Source of the DNA: Raillietiella orientalis
Lineage: Eukaryota
Reading direction: 5' to 3'
Assembly: GCA_036172245.1 (NCBI GenBank)
Contig: JAYWIR010000061.1
Span: 496,001-560,000, forward strand
DNA length: 64,000 nt
The translations under genes were made by a program, and so were the position numbers. Shown one piece after another: positions 38,893 to 50,799 of the stretch. Within the stretch, counting starts at the first letter, position 1. Each line of letters begins with the position of its first letter. The notes under the pieces were generated by a model, which was given only the letters and a program-made list of their open reading frames with translations, had not been told where the DNA came from and did no database searches.

Positions 38893-39949
38893 ACAGTTCC
38901 TGTGAGGTTTGCTAACGACCCTCTGGCTCTTCTCGACGTGGCAGCCGCATCCCGACCTCCCTGAAAGCGCACAAAGTGGGGAGAGACGAACGGCCACGTC
39001 TCCTTTCCTCACTCTTCATCCTGGAGGAGGCCGAGGAGGATCGGGACCGGGATTGATATCCCTCGCCTTGGGTTCGAAGGCGCCTTGGCTTTCATTGGAA
39101 GATCACAAGGGAGAGGAAGCTCCCCATCTTCTGCTTCCCCCTGGATTCGGAGGGAGAGGTGCTCGTTTCTCTGCCCGTAGGCGATCCCTTCCGGTCTGCT
39201 GCTGTTAGCGAAGCGGCGACGAACCAGCACGCTTCCCGGAAGGGAAAGAGGCAAGACCGGCTGCAGGAAAGGGACCCCTCCCTCGGTCTTCCCTCTTCCT
39301 CGGAAGAAGCGTTCGGTTGCTCCGTTCTTCCTCTTCCTCTGCCCCGGGAAGCTGACCGGGAAGTGTGACTTCTTCTTTGACCATCCTCTTTGTGCTGTTC
39401 CTGCTCCAGTTTAAGCGCTTTTCGAAAAGGGAGGGACGGCGAAAGAACGTCCCTCTTCCCAGCCAACTCGACGGCTTCTTTGGAGCCGCAGTGGAGTCTA
39501 TGCTCTCCGAATGCTGCCCTCGGGCAGCATTCGGAGATGTACTGACTGAGGCGCCTAGAGGGTAGGGAACCATGACGAATTTGATGTGTGGCTTCTGTGG
39601 AGTGTTCGCAGAGATGGCTTCTCTTGCTGCCGCCTTCTGGTAGTTTCGAGCACTCGCGATGCCGTGGCTCCAAGAAGGGATACGCCCTGTGCCCTGCTCT
39701 TTGGCCCAAACAGACGCCGCTTTGATTCCCCTAGGGCATCTCCCGGGAAGCACTTCAGAGAGGAAACGCTTCTCGGACCCCGGAGGCTCCGTCGGAAGAT
39801 TCTGAGGAGTACTGGAAGAGGGTCCAGGGAACCAAAACGTACCGTGAGTGCCACATCCGGTGCTGCTTCTGTTCTGTTTGTCTTGGGGAAAACCCCTCGG
39901 GTCCCGACCTGACTGAGTCAGGGGGCCGCACATCTCATAGCAGACAGAG

Positions 39950-42110
39950 CTCCTGTCTCTAGGTATCGGTTGTGGTGCCCCCTTCCTATCCCTGACTTTT
40001 CCATCCTGACCTCTCTTTATACTCCCGTGATCTACCAAACACCAGCTTCCCTTCAGCTGACCCCTCTTTCCTTTACCGCCATCTGACTCCTTTGGGGGAA
40101 GGGAGAACGAATGAATTGCGCATTCTGGAACCCCCTTCAGTCCTCCTTCAGCCCACTTTCTGCATTTCCTGGTTCCTCATCCGATTCCAAAGCCCGGAAG
40201 ATCCATAAAAGTTGCGGAATGTGGGAAATTCTTTTATAAGGAGAAAAAGAGTGAGGCTCGAGAGGTCTCTGGCAGACAGATGAGCTTGCGTCCTCATCAT
40301 GAAGCAAGGGAAACCTGGAGGAACGGAAGGAAGGAGGGAAGAGGAGTGCGGAACCCCCTCGTGTCCCGCGTCGGCGGGCCTTCCTCGTTCCCGATTTTTG
40401 CGGGACGCCAGCCAGGTGCTCGGACGAGGAGTCCCGGGTTTCGACCCAGTGAAAGTGCTCTTTGTGTGTGCGCTGCAGACCGCCGAAACCGTCGTCGTCC
40501 GCGATCGATTTGCTTGCCCACGCTCCCTCCTCCTCAGGGATCCCAGGACACAGTTTGTTTGGAACGGGATGACGCAAGTTCCCCCTGTGTGCGTTCGGCC
40601 TACCCGGTAAGAAAAATCCCGGTCGCGCCCGCCCGGTGCGTGCTTTCCAGAACCTCGCCGTCCCCCTTAACAAGCGACGATAAGAGAGAGGGAATAAGAG
40701 GAGGGGGGAGTATGGAGGAAAGGGACTTTGGTCCCTCGCGAGAGCTCGCCGTTCTGGGATCCCTGAGGAGTTCGGGATGGCTGCGTTGGAGAGATGGGAT
40801 GCGGACCGCTCCGCGTGCGCGCCGAAAACTGCGCCCCGGACGACTTTCCTGCTACGCGTCCGGGAAGTGGAGGCACCCTGGAGACGTGAGCACCGTCCAC
40901 TCCTAGGATATCCCCTTCGTGAGAGACGAACCAGGACGAGGTTTGGGGCAGACTGGAACGCGGCCTGGAACCCCGTTCCCCTCTTCGCTCGCTACGGCTC
41001 CTCAACCTCGACTGCTCGGAAGGACTCATCCCCTGTAGCAGCGCAGCCCTGCTGCGCCTCGAAGACTCCCGTGGAAGGAGACTCCTTTCCTGAAGATCGA
41101 TTTACTATGGTGGTCCTCGGCATCCGGCATGGAACCCCCTCCCATCTCCATTTCGAATTTCTGTTCTCGTGAGGCTGTAACTCCCACGCACACGTCGGAT
41201 GTGCCCAAGCGAGGCAGAGGGTCGATTTCTCCAGCCACCGTGACGGTGATGCTGCATGCGCGCGCGCGACCCGACGAAGAGAGCGGGAAGAGAGGGGGAA
41301 GGGGGTGACGAGCAGACGGTAGTCAATCAGGGTTTCCCTCGAGGGAATGGATTCCGGAGAAAGGAATGAAATTGCATCGGGATCCCCGCGATGGCGCTTT
41401 GCAGCGCTCCACTGGGTTCGTCGAGTCGGATCAACGCCGACGTCAGCCAGGAAGAAGAGGGCTCGCGCCCACGAGCCTCCCTCACGAGGAGCAGCGCTGC
41501 GGCTCCTGAGGGTCAGGCCAGGAGTGCCCGTCCAGGATGAGGGAAGAAGAACAATTCGATTAATTGAGACGACGTTGTGAGCTCCCCGGAGCGGTTGCCG
41601 ATGCCGGCAGGAGGAAGAGGGGAGAACGGCGGGAACTTTGTTCCCACACGAGATTCCACATCTGCGAGCGCTTCCGGAGGGCGCTGCGGCTTGTGAGTGG
41701 CGCCACTGTTCTGCATCTGCTACCTAGAAGTTTTTCCTCCCAGATGTTCGCCTGAGGAGGGCTTCAGGCTCAGTTCACATCTCTTCCTGTTCCCGAATGC
41801 GCTCCGTTTGTGCGGAAGAAACGTGATCTCCGTAGGCGTTCAACGCGCTACAGCGAAGTTCCTTCCTTCTTCGGGAAGAGTGAAAGTTTGTGTGTGGTTT
41901 GCCCCCAGTGGTGGTGCCTCCCTAAGAATCCCACTTGTTCCTGAAAGCGCTGCAGCTGGTGCGATGCTGGCTGGCTGGACTTGCATCACGGACTGTTTCA
42001 CGGAAACCCCTCCGCGTCCGCGAGCGACCCGCTCCGCAGCAAAACGCGACGCCTCCCCATGCATCCTTGAGATCCATCTGAGTCCACGGACAAGACATGG
42101 CCTGCGGCAC
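39950..42110 (-). mobile_element. BEL/Pao pol relic (RNase H to integrase to C-terminus), copy 4
   Basis: 'SRFAAERVARG..KQSVMQVQPASIAPA' (FVxNRV..QWxHV..NPAD), 'SSQLIELFFF', 'HHRHGG', 'VPPLPGRVAG...SGPHPI', 'HFHWVETR', 'PLEPHSF', 'WCLVD...GQDGKVR' (GxDGxVR). Confidence 0.6.
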
Positions 42111-42129
42111 GCCGAGTAAATCTCGACAG

Positions 42130-42790
42130 GGACTCCTCTCGAGGAGGTCCGCGGAACTCTTCCAGTTTTTCTCTATAGCCCGTAGCCTCCGTCTGTCCCA
42201 TACAGTGTTGAAGAGCTGTACCGTGGTAAAGAACTGCGTGAGCAGCCAGGCGCGCGACAGTTCTTGAGGTACTGAGCAAACCGAGAAAGTTCAGAAAAAA
42301 AAAAAAAAGCTGGAAGGTTGTAATGTAAGCAGGACTTTCTCTTCTTTCCTTAATTGCTTTGGTGCTGTTCCAATTCCCGGGCATACATTTGATCACACCC
42401 TTCACCCCATACAAAACGAAATCCAGTACGATGATCAAATACACGGTCTTGACGTCACCCCAGTAAATCCACTCCCAAGAGGGCTCCATAGTTTAGATGT
42501 GCACACAGCTCCTTCACCTTTTACAAGACTTTTCGAGGCACCACCATCTCTTTCTCGAATCCTCACCTTTCCAGTCGATCTAATCGACCTCGAAAGTAGA
42601 GAGTGGCGTTTTCGGGACTTTTTGGTGGGCTGCCTGCCCCACCACAGGCACGTGCTGGCTTACACTCGAATGTGGTGGTTTCTTCTTCCCAGCGGGCAAG
42701 CAAAAGCCCTCTGGCAATTCATTGATGGAGAACCTATCGTGACGATTGAGGAAGTAACGTTCTGCATTGCAGGAAACGTGAGTGGACAAC
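42130..42790 (-). mobile_element. Gypsy-like integrase relic
   Basis: 'YFLNRHDRFSI', 'RWWCLEKSCKR*RSCVH' (WWPxxxxDxxxxVxxC), 'PSWEWIYWGD..YLIIVLD', 'LYHGTALQHCMGQTE' (YHPxxNGxAE). Confidence 0.5.
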
Positions 42791-42799
42791 TCGGCAGGT

Positions 42800-43960
42800 C
42801 ACGGATGCTGAGACTCCAAGTGTCCCGTCGAAAGGACTATTACGCTGGGATGAGCTGCTCGCGATACCTCCAGAGGAGGAGGTGAAGTGACCCCTAGCGT
42901 GTTGGGACAGTTGCACCCTCAAGTGGCAAGAGTTGGCGTTGCTGGTGCTGCATGAGGGGATCCTGTGCAAAGCGCGTCTCTATCACTGGACACGGAGGTG
43001 TGGATGTCCGTTGTGGAAGGTGCAGCGAGAAAGAGACTTTCCCCCACCTCCTGGTGAACTGTACCATCCTCCGACCCCTTTGGGATTTCTGTCAAAGATC
43101 CTAGAAATCCCGGTTGGCGGCCCCAGGAACAATTTTTCGGCGTCTCTTTATGCCTGCCGCTCTGCCTCCAGCCGCGTCCTTAGCAGTTCTCTGCTGCGTC
43201 CGCGGGATCATGGCAGCCTGGAATGCGGAAAGAAGAGGACAAAGTAGTAGGACGCCATACACTGGGCACGAGGGTCTTTTTGAAGATCACGTCAAGATGG
43301 CCGCACCTGAGCAACACAAGAGCTTACCCACGCTCCCGGGTTTACCGCAGCCGCCACCTCGTTTCCTTAGTTACGAGGGGAGAGCGAGGGGGCTCCTGTC
43401 GCTTCCGCCCTTCGCCTCCACCACGTAGCTCGTTCGCAGGCAGAGCTACCCTTTCCTTTCAGCACGGCGGCGAGCTGGCTCGGTGGCTCCTGCTGGCGCG
43501 GGGATGGGCTTGCTGCGGGGCGAGGGCACGGCCGGACGACGCCGGAACTTCCGTCTCCATGCCCACTCTACCGCCCGCCCGCTCGTGCGTTCCATCACTT
43601 CGCGCGCGATTCACCAGCCGCTCGGATCGCAGACGCTGCTCTTCCGGCTCCGAGGAGAGTTGTCTTTCGTCTTCCTAGAGGCTCCGGGAACGCAGCTGGA
43701 GGGTGCCGGCGCAAGCTGGACGTCGGCCGATCCCGTGGGGTGGCCGGAGACCGCTGTCTCCTCCTTCCCGGAGCAGTGCCCACCTCGGGCCCTGGGTCTC
43801 CGCAGATCACCGCGCCGTCCATGCCTCCTTCCCGGAGGGATCTCCTGGCACGAACTCGTAAGCGGAAGAGTCGCTGTCTGTATCACTAACCGCTGCGCGG
43901 TGGGACCGCGGACCGGCCAGGGACAACCGGGAGAGGTCCTGAGCATGGGGTCCGAAGCTG
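42800..43960 (+). mobile_element. Possible older RLE-type (R2 group) non-LTR relic, thumb/linker region
   Basis: 'SRVLSSSLLRP', 'KSLPTLPGLPQPPPRFLSYEGRARGLLSLP' (LxLP...YxY...GGLGxP), 'NFRLHA..PLVRSI', 'ASWTSA', 'TGQGQ'. Very degenerate. Confidence 0.35.
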
Positions 43961-43966
43961 CTCGAG

Positions 43967-44265
43967 TGCCGAAGCAACTAGCCCTGAAAATGGATGGCAC
44001 TCAAGCGTCGAGCCTATACCCAATCGCCGGGACAGAGCCGTTCCTGCCTTCCGGGCGCATTCCGGAGGACCGCAGGTTCCTCAGGTTCAGGCGAGTAGGA
44101 TGGTCGCGACGGTGCGCGCAGAAGGTTTGGACGCGAGCTCGCCTAGAGCCGCTGTCGGCGCAGATCTTAGTGGTAGTAGCAAATACTCCAGTGAGATCCT
44201 GGAGGTCTGATATAGAGAAGGGTTCCATGCGAACAGCCTTTGAGCATGGTTCAGTCGATCCTAAG
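43967..44265 (+). rRNA. 28S rRNA: 28S (LSU) rRNA gene fragment, diverged and non-functional
   Basis: Conserved LSU blocks: TGCCGAAGCAACTAGCCCTGAAAATGGATGGC; GCAGATCTTAGTGGTAGTAGCAAATACTC; GAGAAGGGTTCCATGCGAACAGC; TCAGTCGATCCTAAG. Substitutions occur within conserved blocks, and no other rDNA is nearby. Confidence 0.92.
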
Positions 44266-44271
44266 TCCCCG

Positions 44272-44563
44272 GACAGCATCCCGGACAGGATGCAAAAAGC
44301 GTCTCTCAGTGTAATGTAATCCCTTCCCCGTACTCCCCTCCCCAGGAAACATTTCCTCCCCATCTTTTTTTTTGTTTTCTGTTTGTTTGTCTGTTTCGGT
44401 TTCCCCTCCCCCTTTGCTGCCGGAGCGGGCTTCATTCCCGGTCTGCGTACCAGAGAATGGCAAGCTGGACAATCGCGGTGGACCAAGTATTTCATCACTT
44501 CGACAAATTAATTGTACGTTTTTTATTTTAATAACAAATGTTCCGGAAAATCCGGGTGAAAAA
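44272..44563 (+). mobile_element. L1/Tx1-like LINE 3' end (family A)
   Basis: gcatcccggacaggatgca..tcccttcccc and accagagaatggcaagctg..ggacca align to 13373-13565. Ends with aacaaatgttccggaaaatccgggtgaaaaa. Confidence 0.75.
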
Positions 44564-44564
44564 C

Positions 44565-45540
44565 CTGACGATTGACGGAATCACCTTCAACAGTAGTGTG
44601 AAGAGAAGATTTACCTCCGGCGCAGGAGCATAACAGAGAGAGCATGCGTGGCAATCCCACTCGTTCAAGAGCACTTCAGTCAAGGGGGGCGGCACGCAGC
44701 GTAAGGGCATGCACCATGCTCCAAGCTTCCTCCTCACGAACGGAGAATACCTGAGGTTCCCAGATTACAAATTCATCCACGCAGCTTGGCTGGACATTCT
44801 TCCAATCAGGGCAGGAGTCAAGATGAAACCAGAGGATCTCGCGTGTCGGCGCTGCCGTACAAAAGACGAAACGTTGACTCATATCTTAAACCACTGCAAG
44901 AGACGCCATCGTTTGTTCACTGCGCGGCACGATGTGGTACAGGAAATGATCAGGACGGCCGCGATGGATGAAACAAACTGGGTCTTAGTGCCAACCAGCA
45001 AGAGAGCTCCAGGAACGCACTTCCCCTTGAGACCAGACCTGGTACTGAAGAAAGGAATCCGAACAATACAGCTGGACATCTGGTGCTCGTTCGAGGGTGG
45101 GAAAGAGGCGATCGGCACAGCTAGGAGGATCAAGCTGGGAAAATGGAAGGAAGTGGCCCTCCAGCTAGGCAAGGAAGGGAAGCAATGCAAGGTGCATGCT
45201 CTCATCGTTGGCTCACTGGGAGTCTGAGACCCACATAATGAGAAAGTGCTGTGCGACCTTGGAGTCTCCAGGAAGCATTCGGAGAGCATGAGGCACTGGG
45301 TGGTGGCCTCGTACACTCGATACTCTAGGAACCCAGGAGGAACATCGCAGGGGACCGAAACGCATGCACGGCCAGAACGGCCCAGTGATCAGCTCTCGCA
45401 AGACGAAGAGTGTGGTGCTGAGAAAGCAACGAAATAGGGGACAATAGACGCTTCAGTTCGCTAGCAGAGGAAACCTGGAGGAATAGGACGAGCCCCTCCT
45501 GTGACGCATTGTCAAATTGTGAAATTTAAACGATAAAGTC
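44565..45540 (+). mobile_element. Utopia/NeSL-like non-LTR retrotransposon 3' part (CCHC zinc knuckle plus restriction-like endonuclease)
   Basis: ORF 44709-45227: 'GEYLRFPDYKFIHAAWLDILP', 'CRRCRTKDETLTHILNHC', 'ARHDVV', 'LRPDLV..QLDIWCSFE..ARRIKLGKW', 'VHALIVGSLGV*DPHNEKVL'. The stop sits where W is expected, so the frame is pseudogenised. Confidence 0.85.
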
Positions 45541-46159
45541 TCCTTTCTTTATTGTAGGAACACCCAAATCTCACGCTTTAATGACTTCCCCTTTTCTGAG
45601 AGCAAAATTCAAAATATCCTCCTCTGTCACGAATCGGATCAAATTTTGTCATCAGTTAAGATGCCGACGTAATGTAGTTACTTTGTCCTGACAACCTGGG
45701 GTTCATACATCCTCTTTAGCTTCTTAATTCGTTTTAAAACTCCTCTTCCGTTCTTCCCTGTTGTCACATCAACTGAGTCATCCATCGGGCTCGTTCCATC
45801 ATGAGCAGGGCTCTGAACCGCCGTCTGCTCATCAGCAGTCATTTCTATGACTTCCATTGACTGTACAGCATACACGGATTGTATCACAGCGTGTTTTGTT
45901 GTACAGTGCATGGAAAGGGAAGCCACGCCGGAAGGCACTTCGGAGACTTTCAGCACACGTCTTGACGCCCCTCTCCTACCTCCAGTATTTCCAGTCAGCC
46001 TTGCTGTGACGTAGGCTTCTCAGTAAACGCCCGTCCGAGTGCTGGGGCGCAATCCCCACGTGTCCTTCCAGCTTCGGAGTGAAAATTCCTGTGGACGAAA
46101 TCCACGAATTCCTACGAATTCGTAAATCGATGGAATTTTATCAACCAGTTCTTGGTTTC

Positions 46160-47850
46160 GAGTCCTCAAGAGTCTCCTTCGTCCTTAAGAGGAGCACGCA
46201 CTTCCACCGTGTGCATTTTACAAGAGCGGCTCCGCGACGGGATGTCGGCATGGGCATCCTGGCGCTGGAGCGAATCGGGCTGCAACTGCAGTTTCGAATG
46301 CTGGCACTGAGTGCCAAGCTATGGAGTTCTCTGTTGTGTGTGACTGCACGCATTCTCCTGCGGAGATGCGCTGGCAGCGAACGACTGCTCTCGTTGCTGC
46401 CAGGCACGTACTATAGGATGAGCGGATTTGGCTTCCCTCTGAGGCAATTCGCCTCTCTTCTGGAAGCGCAATCGTGGACCTCCTACCGCCCAATAAACTT
46501 CAACAGACTCCTGCCTGCTTGGAGGCAGGAGTGTGTTCGAGTCCTGGACCGCATTTCACGGAATGGGTCCACAAGATGTCTACCGCTTTCGGCATTTTCT
46601 GCCACGACCCATGGAAGTGGTAATGCAGGAATCCGCGAAGTGGTCCACCATAGCCGCCACCCTCCTTGACGCAGCGCTGTCTGCCCTTAGGGCAAGAGAA
46701 GTCAGTAGCTTACCGGCGAGATGGGAGATTTACTACACTATAGCAGGAACTGAAAAACTCATGGGTGGCTGGAAGACGCGCCAGTTAGCAGATGCTGCTA
46801 CACCGCGTACAACTGCTGTGGGACTTGTTCGGTGGTGCAAACTTTTAAGAGCGGGAAGGCCGCCCAGTGTGCCCGCCGCCCTTCCCCTTCCTCGGGAGAG
46901 TTTCCGCAGCCTCGAGCGCCCGCGCGTCAGCGGCCTTGCCCAATGGAAGAACCGCCCCGAAGGGATCTTCCTGTCACCCACCTCCTTCGCGAGGTCCGAA
47001 ATTGCCCCCGAAGTGGAAGTGGTCCTGCCAAACTGTGTTAACACATCAGTGTTTCCACTTAGTTGGAAACAGGACGTGCTGCTCCTCGTGCACTGGGGAT
47101 TCCAGTGCAACGAGCGACGGCATCGTGTTTCCGATGGGGTTGCTTCCCCTAATTGCGGCAGGTGCGGTCGAAGAAGTCGTTCCCGCACTTGCTTTTAGAC
47201 TGCAGGGCCCTCCAGGAACTATGGCGGAGTCTGGCAGCAGCACTCCTGCACCAGAAGAACACCGCTCGAGATGTGCTGCGGAGGTTCCTCGCACCTAGTG
47301 GCTCACGACTAGCGCGGTGAACCTTAGGTTGCATACGTGCCATCGTCACAGCCTGAAATTTGCTGGAGACCAAGAAGCAGCGGAGGGATGTCACCATTTT
47401 GGCAGCCACCTACATCAGTACGGCTGCAAGGTGGCATCACCTTGATGACGAGACGAAGGAGGAGATCGCCGGCATAGAGCGCCGGTTTGCGGATGTTTAG
47501 GAACGGTCCATCCCGGTGACCCCAGTCCTCTGTCCTCCCTTATTATTGATTTGTTTTTTTCTTCTGTACTCCCTACTCCTCCTCGCTCTCTCAACGTCCC
47601 GGTATTTTTAATTTTTGTTTTCTGTTTCTGTCCCCGGTTCGTGCGGAGCAAGTCCAAAGATCCCTGCTCCAATCCACCTAATCTCATTTATTTTTTTTTG
47701 TCTCCTTGTCCCTCACCCGTTCTGGACACGTAGTTTTCCCGGCCTGCATGTCGTTGGACCCTCCCCTTTATTCCTCATATTCGGCGGTTGGCAACATTTG
47801 TTCCCAACTGGTTTAAGAAAACAAACGCCCCGGCGTGACCGGGTGAAAAA
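46160..47850 (+). mobile_element. L1/Tx1-like LINE, 5'-truncated (family A)
   Basis: Clear nucleotide homology to 62400-63870 (e.g. ctggagcgaatcgggctgcaactgcagtttcgaatgctggcact). 'SPNCGRCG' zinc finger; terminal motif aaacaaacgccccggcgtgaccgggtgaaaaa. Confidence 0.85.
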
Positions 47851-48324
47851 TTTACAAGAGCGATTAAATTGTACTTCCTGATTTTCGTTTTCGATGTAGC
47901 CGAAGAGCGCGAGCGGCTGGCGTGGCAACCGCGAAAGCGCTTTCTGGAGATCGGTTCCACTCGGGAACCAATAGTTACCCAGGTCTTCCCTCGCACCAGA
48001 AGCGAAATCTTCCACCTACGCGATTGGTCGAGGTTGCCCTCGCGGTTTCGCTCTGGGCCCATCATGAGGGCTCGCTAGCCAAGTACGAAGACTATAGGAT
48101 TCCCACGTCCCGACAGACGTCACTTCTCGGACATTTCGGGAACGTGCGACACTGCACCCCTTCTCTCCGCGTTCCAGGAGTGCCCCACCTCTATTCCGTG
48201 GTAATCTTTCATCTCCTCCCCCATTCGGCCCAAAAGGACAATGGAAAGCCCTTTGAGTTCCTCTCTGTCTTCTCTGTGTTCGTTCCAGCTTATTTTTCGT
48301 TGGTTGAGTACCTCGCAGCTCACA

Positions 48325-48600
48325 CAGCTCTTTGACACTGCTCCACACCACCCGAGGGTGCGTATGACTATTCAAGTTATAGGGGGTACCCCGGGAGGGG
48401 ACCACTCTATGAATCAAGGAAGGGTTCTGGATTGAAGATGCCTTATGCTGTCCAGGGACCACCCAAGGGAAACCCTTCTACCCTGGTTGTCTCCGAAGGG
48501 AGCTCTGAAGGGAATTTCATCTTTCTTATTCTCTCCGAACAGATCCCTCGGAAGGACCAGAGGAGCACTTTCGAGTTGCCCTTAGCTCCTAACGAGCTCG
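48325..48600 (-). mobile_element. Family B LINE 3' fragment
   Basis: ccacccgagggtgcgtatgactattcaagtt..gaccactctatgaatcaaggaagg matches 29825-29900. Confidence 0.7.
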
Positions 48601-49269
48601 TGGCTGCGAAAGCCGCCGCGCGCTCTCGGGGGGCAGCCGGAGAGATTCAACAAGCGTTAGTAGGAAAGGAATGATCTCGGAATGTTCTGTGTGTGTGCCC
48701 AGAAAAAAAAATGTCAGCATCTTCTGAGAAGAGGCTGCTGGAATTCTGTTTGTATGTGTGTGTGTGCTTTCGTACGCAGGCAATCGGGAGACGAAGGGAA
48801 CACTGTGTACACTTAAGAAACAGAACGAGATCTGCCCATAAAGAATATCGCTTACGAGCACGAGGTCCTAAGCGATTTTGTGGGGAAGGGAAACGGGAGG
48901 GGAAGAAATACCAGAACGACACCGGCGCATTCGCAGATACTCGAGCAAAGCCAGTTTTCTAGGAACCCGCGAAGGCGTTGAAAAGAGGAGACCAGGCTGG
49001 AAACTCACCCGGATGGACCCTTATACCCCAAGTGCACCGCGAGGCGCCTGCCCGCAGGGACGTCGCGATCTCGATCGGATCCTGTCCCTCAGAGTGAAAG
49101 GGGTACCACCAAGAACAAGGGTTTCATTATGACCGCTCGCCACTCTCCGCATTCTCCACTGAACTCTTCCCGCGCAGGAAGACAGACGGGATAGAATGAT
49201 GGGAATCTTTCGGAGTTCCTCTGTTTTTGCTGCTTCCTTTTAGGGTTTTTTTTTTCCAGGTTTCTTTTC

Positions 49270-50750
49270 CTTTTTTTTCCTTGGTCTCAAAGGATGCTGA
49301 AGAACCGCTCGCCTTCTTAGGGGGGGTTTGCAGAGCTCTTTAACACCGTCCAGACCATCCGAGGGTGTGTATGACCCTTCAAGTTAAGAGGCTATTCAGA
49401 AGGGACTATCCGATGAATCCAGGAAGGCTCCGGTGGGAGGAGTCCGTTCCTCTTACGCCTTGGTAAGAAACTCGTAGGAGCCTTTTTCTCATTCTCTCCC
49501 GAGGGACCCCTTGGATGGAACCGCTGCATTGATTTTCTTCTCCGAAGGGAACCCGAAAAGGATCTGCTCTTGGTTTTTTCCCATGAAGAGTTCCACAGAG
49601 GGACGCTTCCAAATTTCTCTGAGATGCCTTCCTGGAGGAAGCAGCGCTCTTCTTCCTGACACTCTGGAGAGGCAACCTTCCGAGAAGGGTTGTAATCAGC
49701 TCCATGCTACGCGGCTCCATTTCCTCAACCGGGGCGGAACCTGAAGGGAAACAACACTCCTTGATTCCTGGAAGGACCCCTGAGGGTCAACTTTCAATCC
49801 CGACCGATCAATCCGGTTAACGGCTGCTTCCACCAGTGCCTAACCGGAAGCCTTCTGGCCAACCAGAATAGTCGTCCTGGTGGAGGAGGGGGGGGGGCAC
49901 TCGATACTCACCACTCTTCCTTCATTCTCGGCATTGATCCTTCCCCTGAAGGGATTTAAACCCGCGACGCGTGGTGCCTCGCGCGGAGGACGCAGCCACA
50001 CATCCGCCAATGCGGGCCGTACGGCTACGGCCCGCGTGAAGAACTCTGGAGAGCAGAACTTACCGCATGACCCCCGCAATGACCCTGGAGTCGAATAGCA
50101 GCGAACCGGCGACCATTCCGGGAATACACAAAAGGTATCTGTTCCCTGCGTTAGAGAATCTGCGGAGTCCTGACGGTCGTCGTGGAAAGACCGGCGGTGA
50201 AGAATGAAGTTGGTCCACCGCTCCAGTGCAAGCAGATGCGAAAGAGGAGAATTCTGTTCCTCGAGGTGGAAACTGGAGATGCTCTCCAGGATGCCCAGGG
50301 AGTTCTTTCAGGATGTATGCTGGCAAAGTGTCGCCTGAAGATGGTTGAAACTCACGGACAAATCCGAAACCGTAGCCCTGGTTCGGATTTGTTCGTGAGT
50401 GAGCCAGCGCGGAGGAATCCGGATTTTTCTTTCTCCCCGACGTCTCCAACAACTCCTGGATAGCGCATGAGCCGGCTGCAGAGCAACAAACAGATTCCAG
50501 GAACGTTCTCCGAGGACGCGCTCGGCGTGGCTTCCCGTCTGGTTCCAACGAGCAGCCTCATTCGAAAGAAACGACGGCACCCTGTCCGAGGTAGAAGGAA
50601 GAGTCTGTAAATGGATCTATCGGCGGATGCAAGGGAGAGAGCCAACAGATCTGCTCTTTCATTTCTGTCTTATGAAGAAACACGGCAGGTGGACACGCTC
50701 GCCGAGGACTGCTGGTTCTGACCTTAAGAAAACCCTCATTACTGTCCGTC
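49270..50750 (-). mobile_element. RNase H-bearing LINE, 5'-truncated (family B)
   Basis: T tract followed by ggtctcaaaggatgctgaagaaccgctcgcc, matching 29748-29780. RNase H-like 'QGYGFGFV...TLPAY', 'LLFDSRVIAG', 'VWLRPPREAPRVAGLN'. Confidence 0.7.
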
Positions 50751-50799
50751 GGAGACAATCCCTACAGGGAGGCTCCATGGCAGCCCTTTGAGACCGCGA

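Noticed and set aside
43967..44265. Functional rDNA unit
   Set aside because: Only ~300 bp, with substitutions in conserved blocks and no 18S, 5.8S or remaining 28S nearby.
43483..44319. 278-aa ORF
   Set aside because: It reads through a retroelement relic and the 28S fragment, so it is not a real gene.
45635..45670. Faint U2 snRNA resemblance (gatcaa…atcagttaa) downstream of the Utopia-like element
   Set aside because: The match is too short and gapped to distinguish from chance without a covariance-model search.
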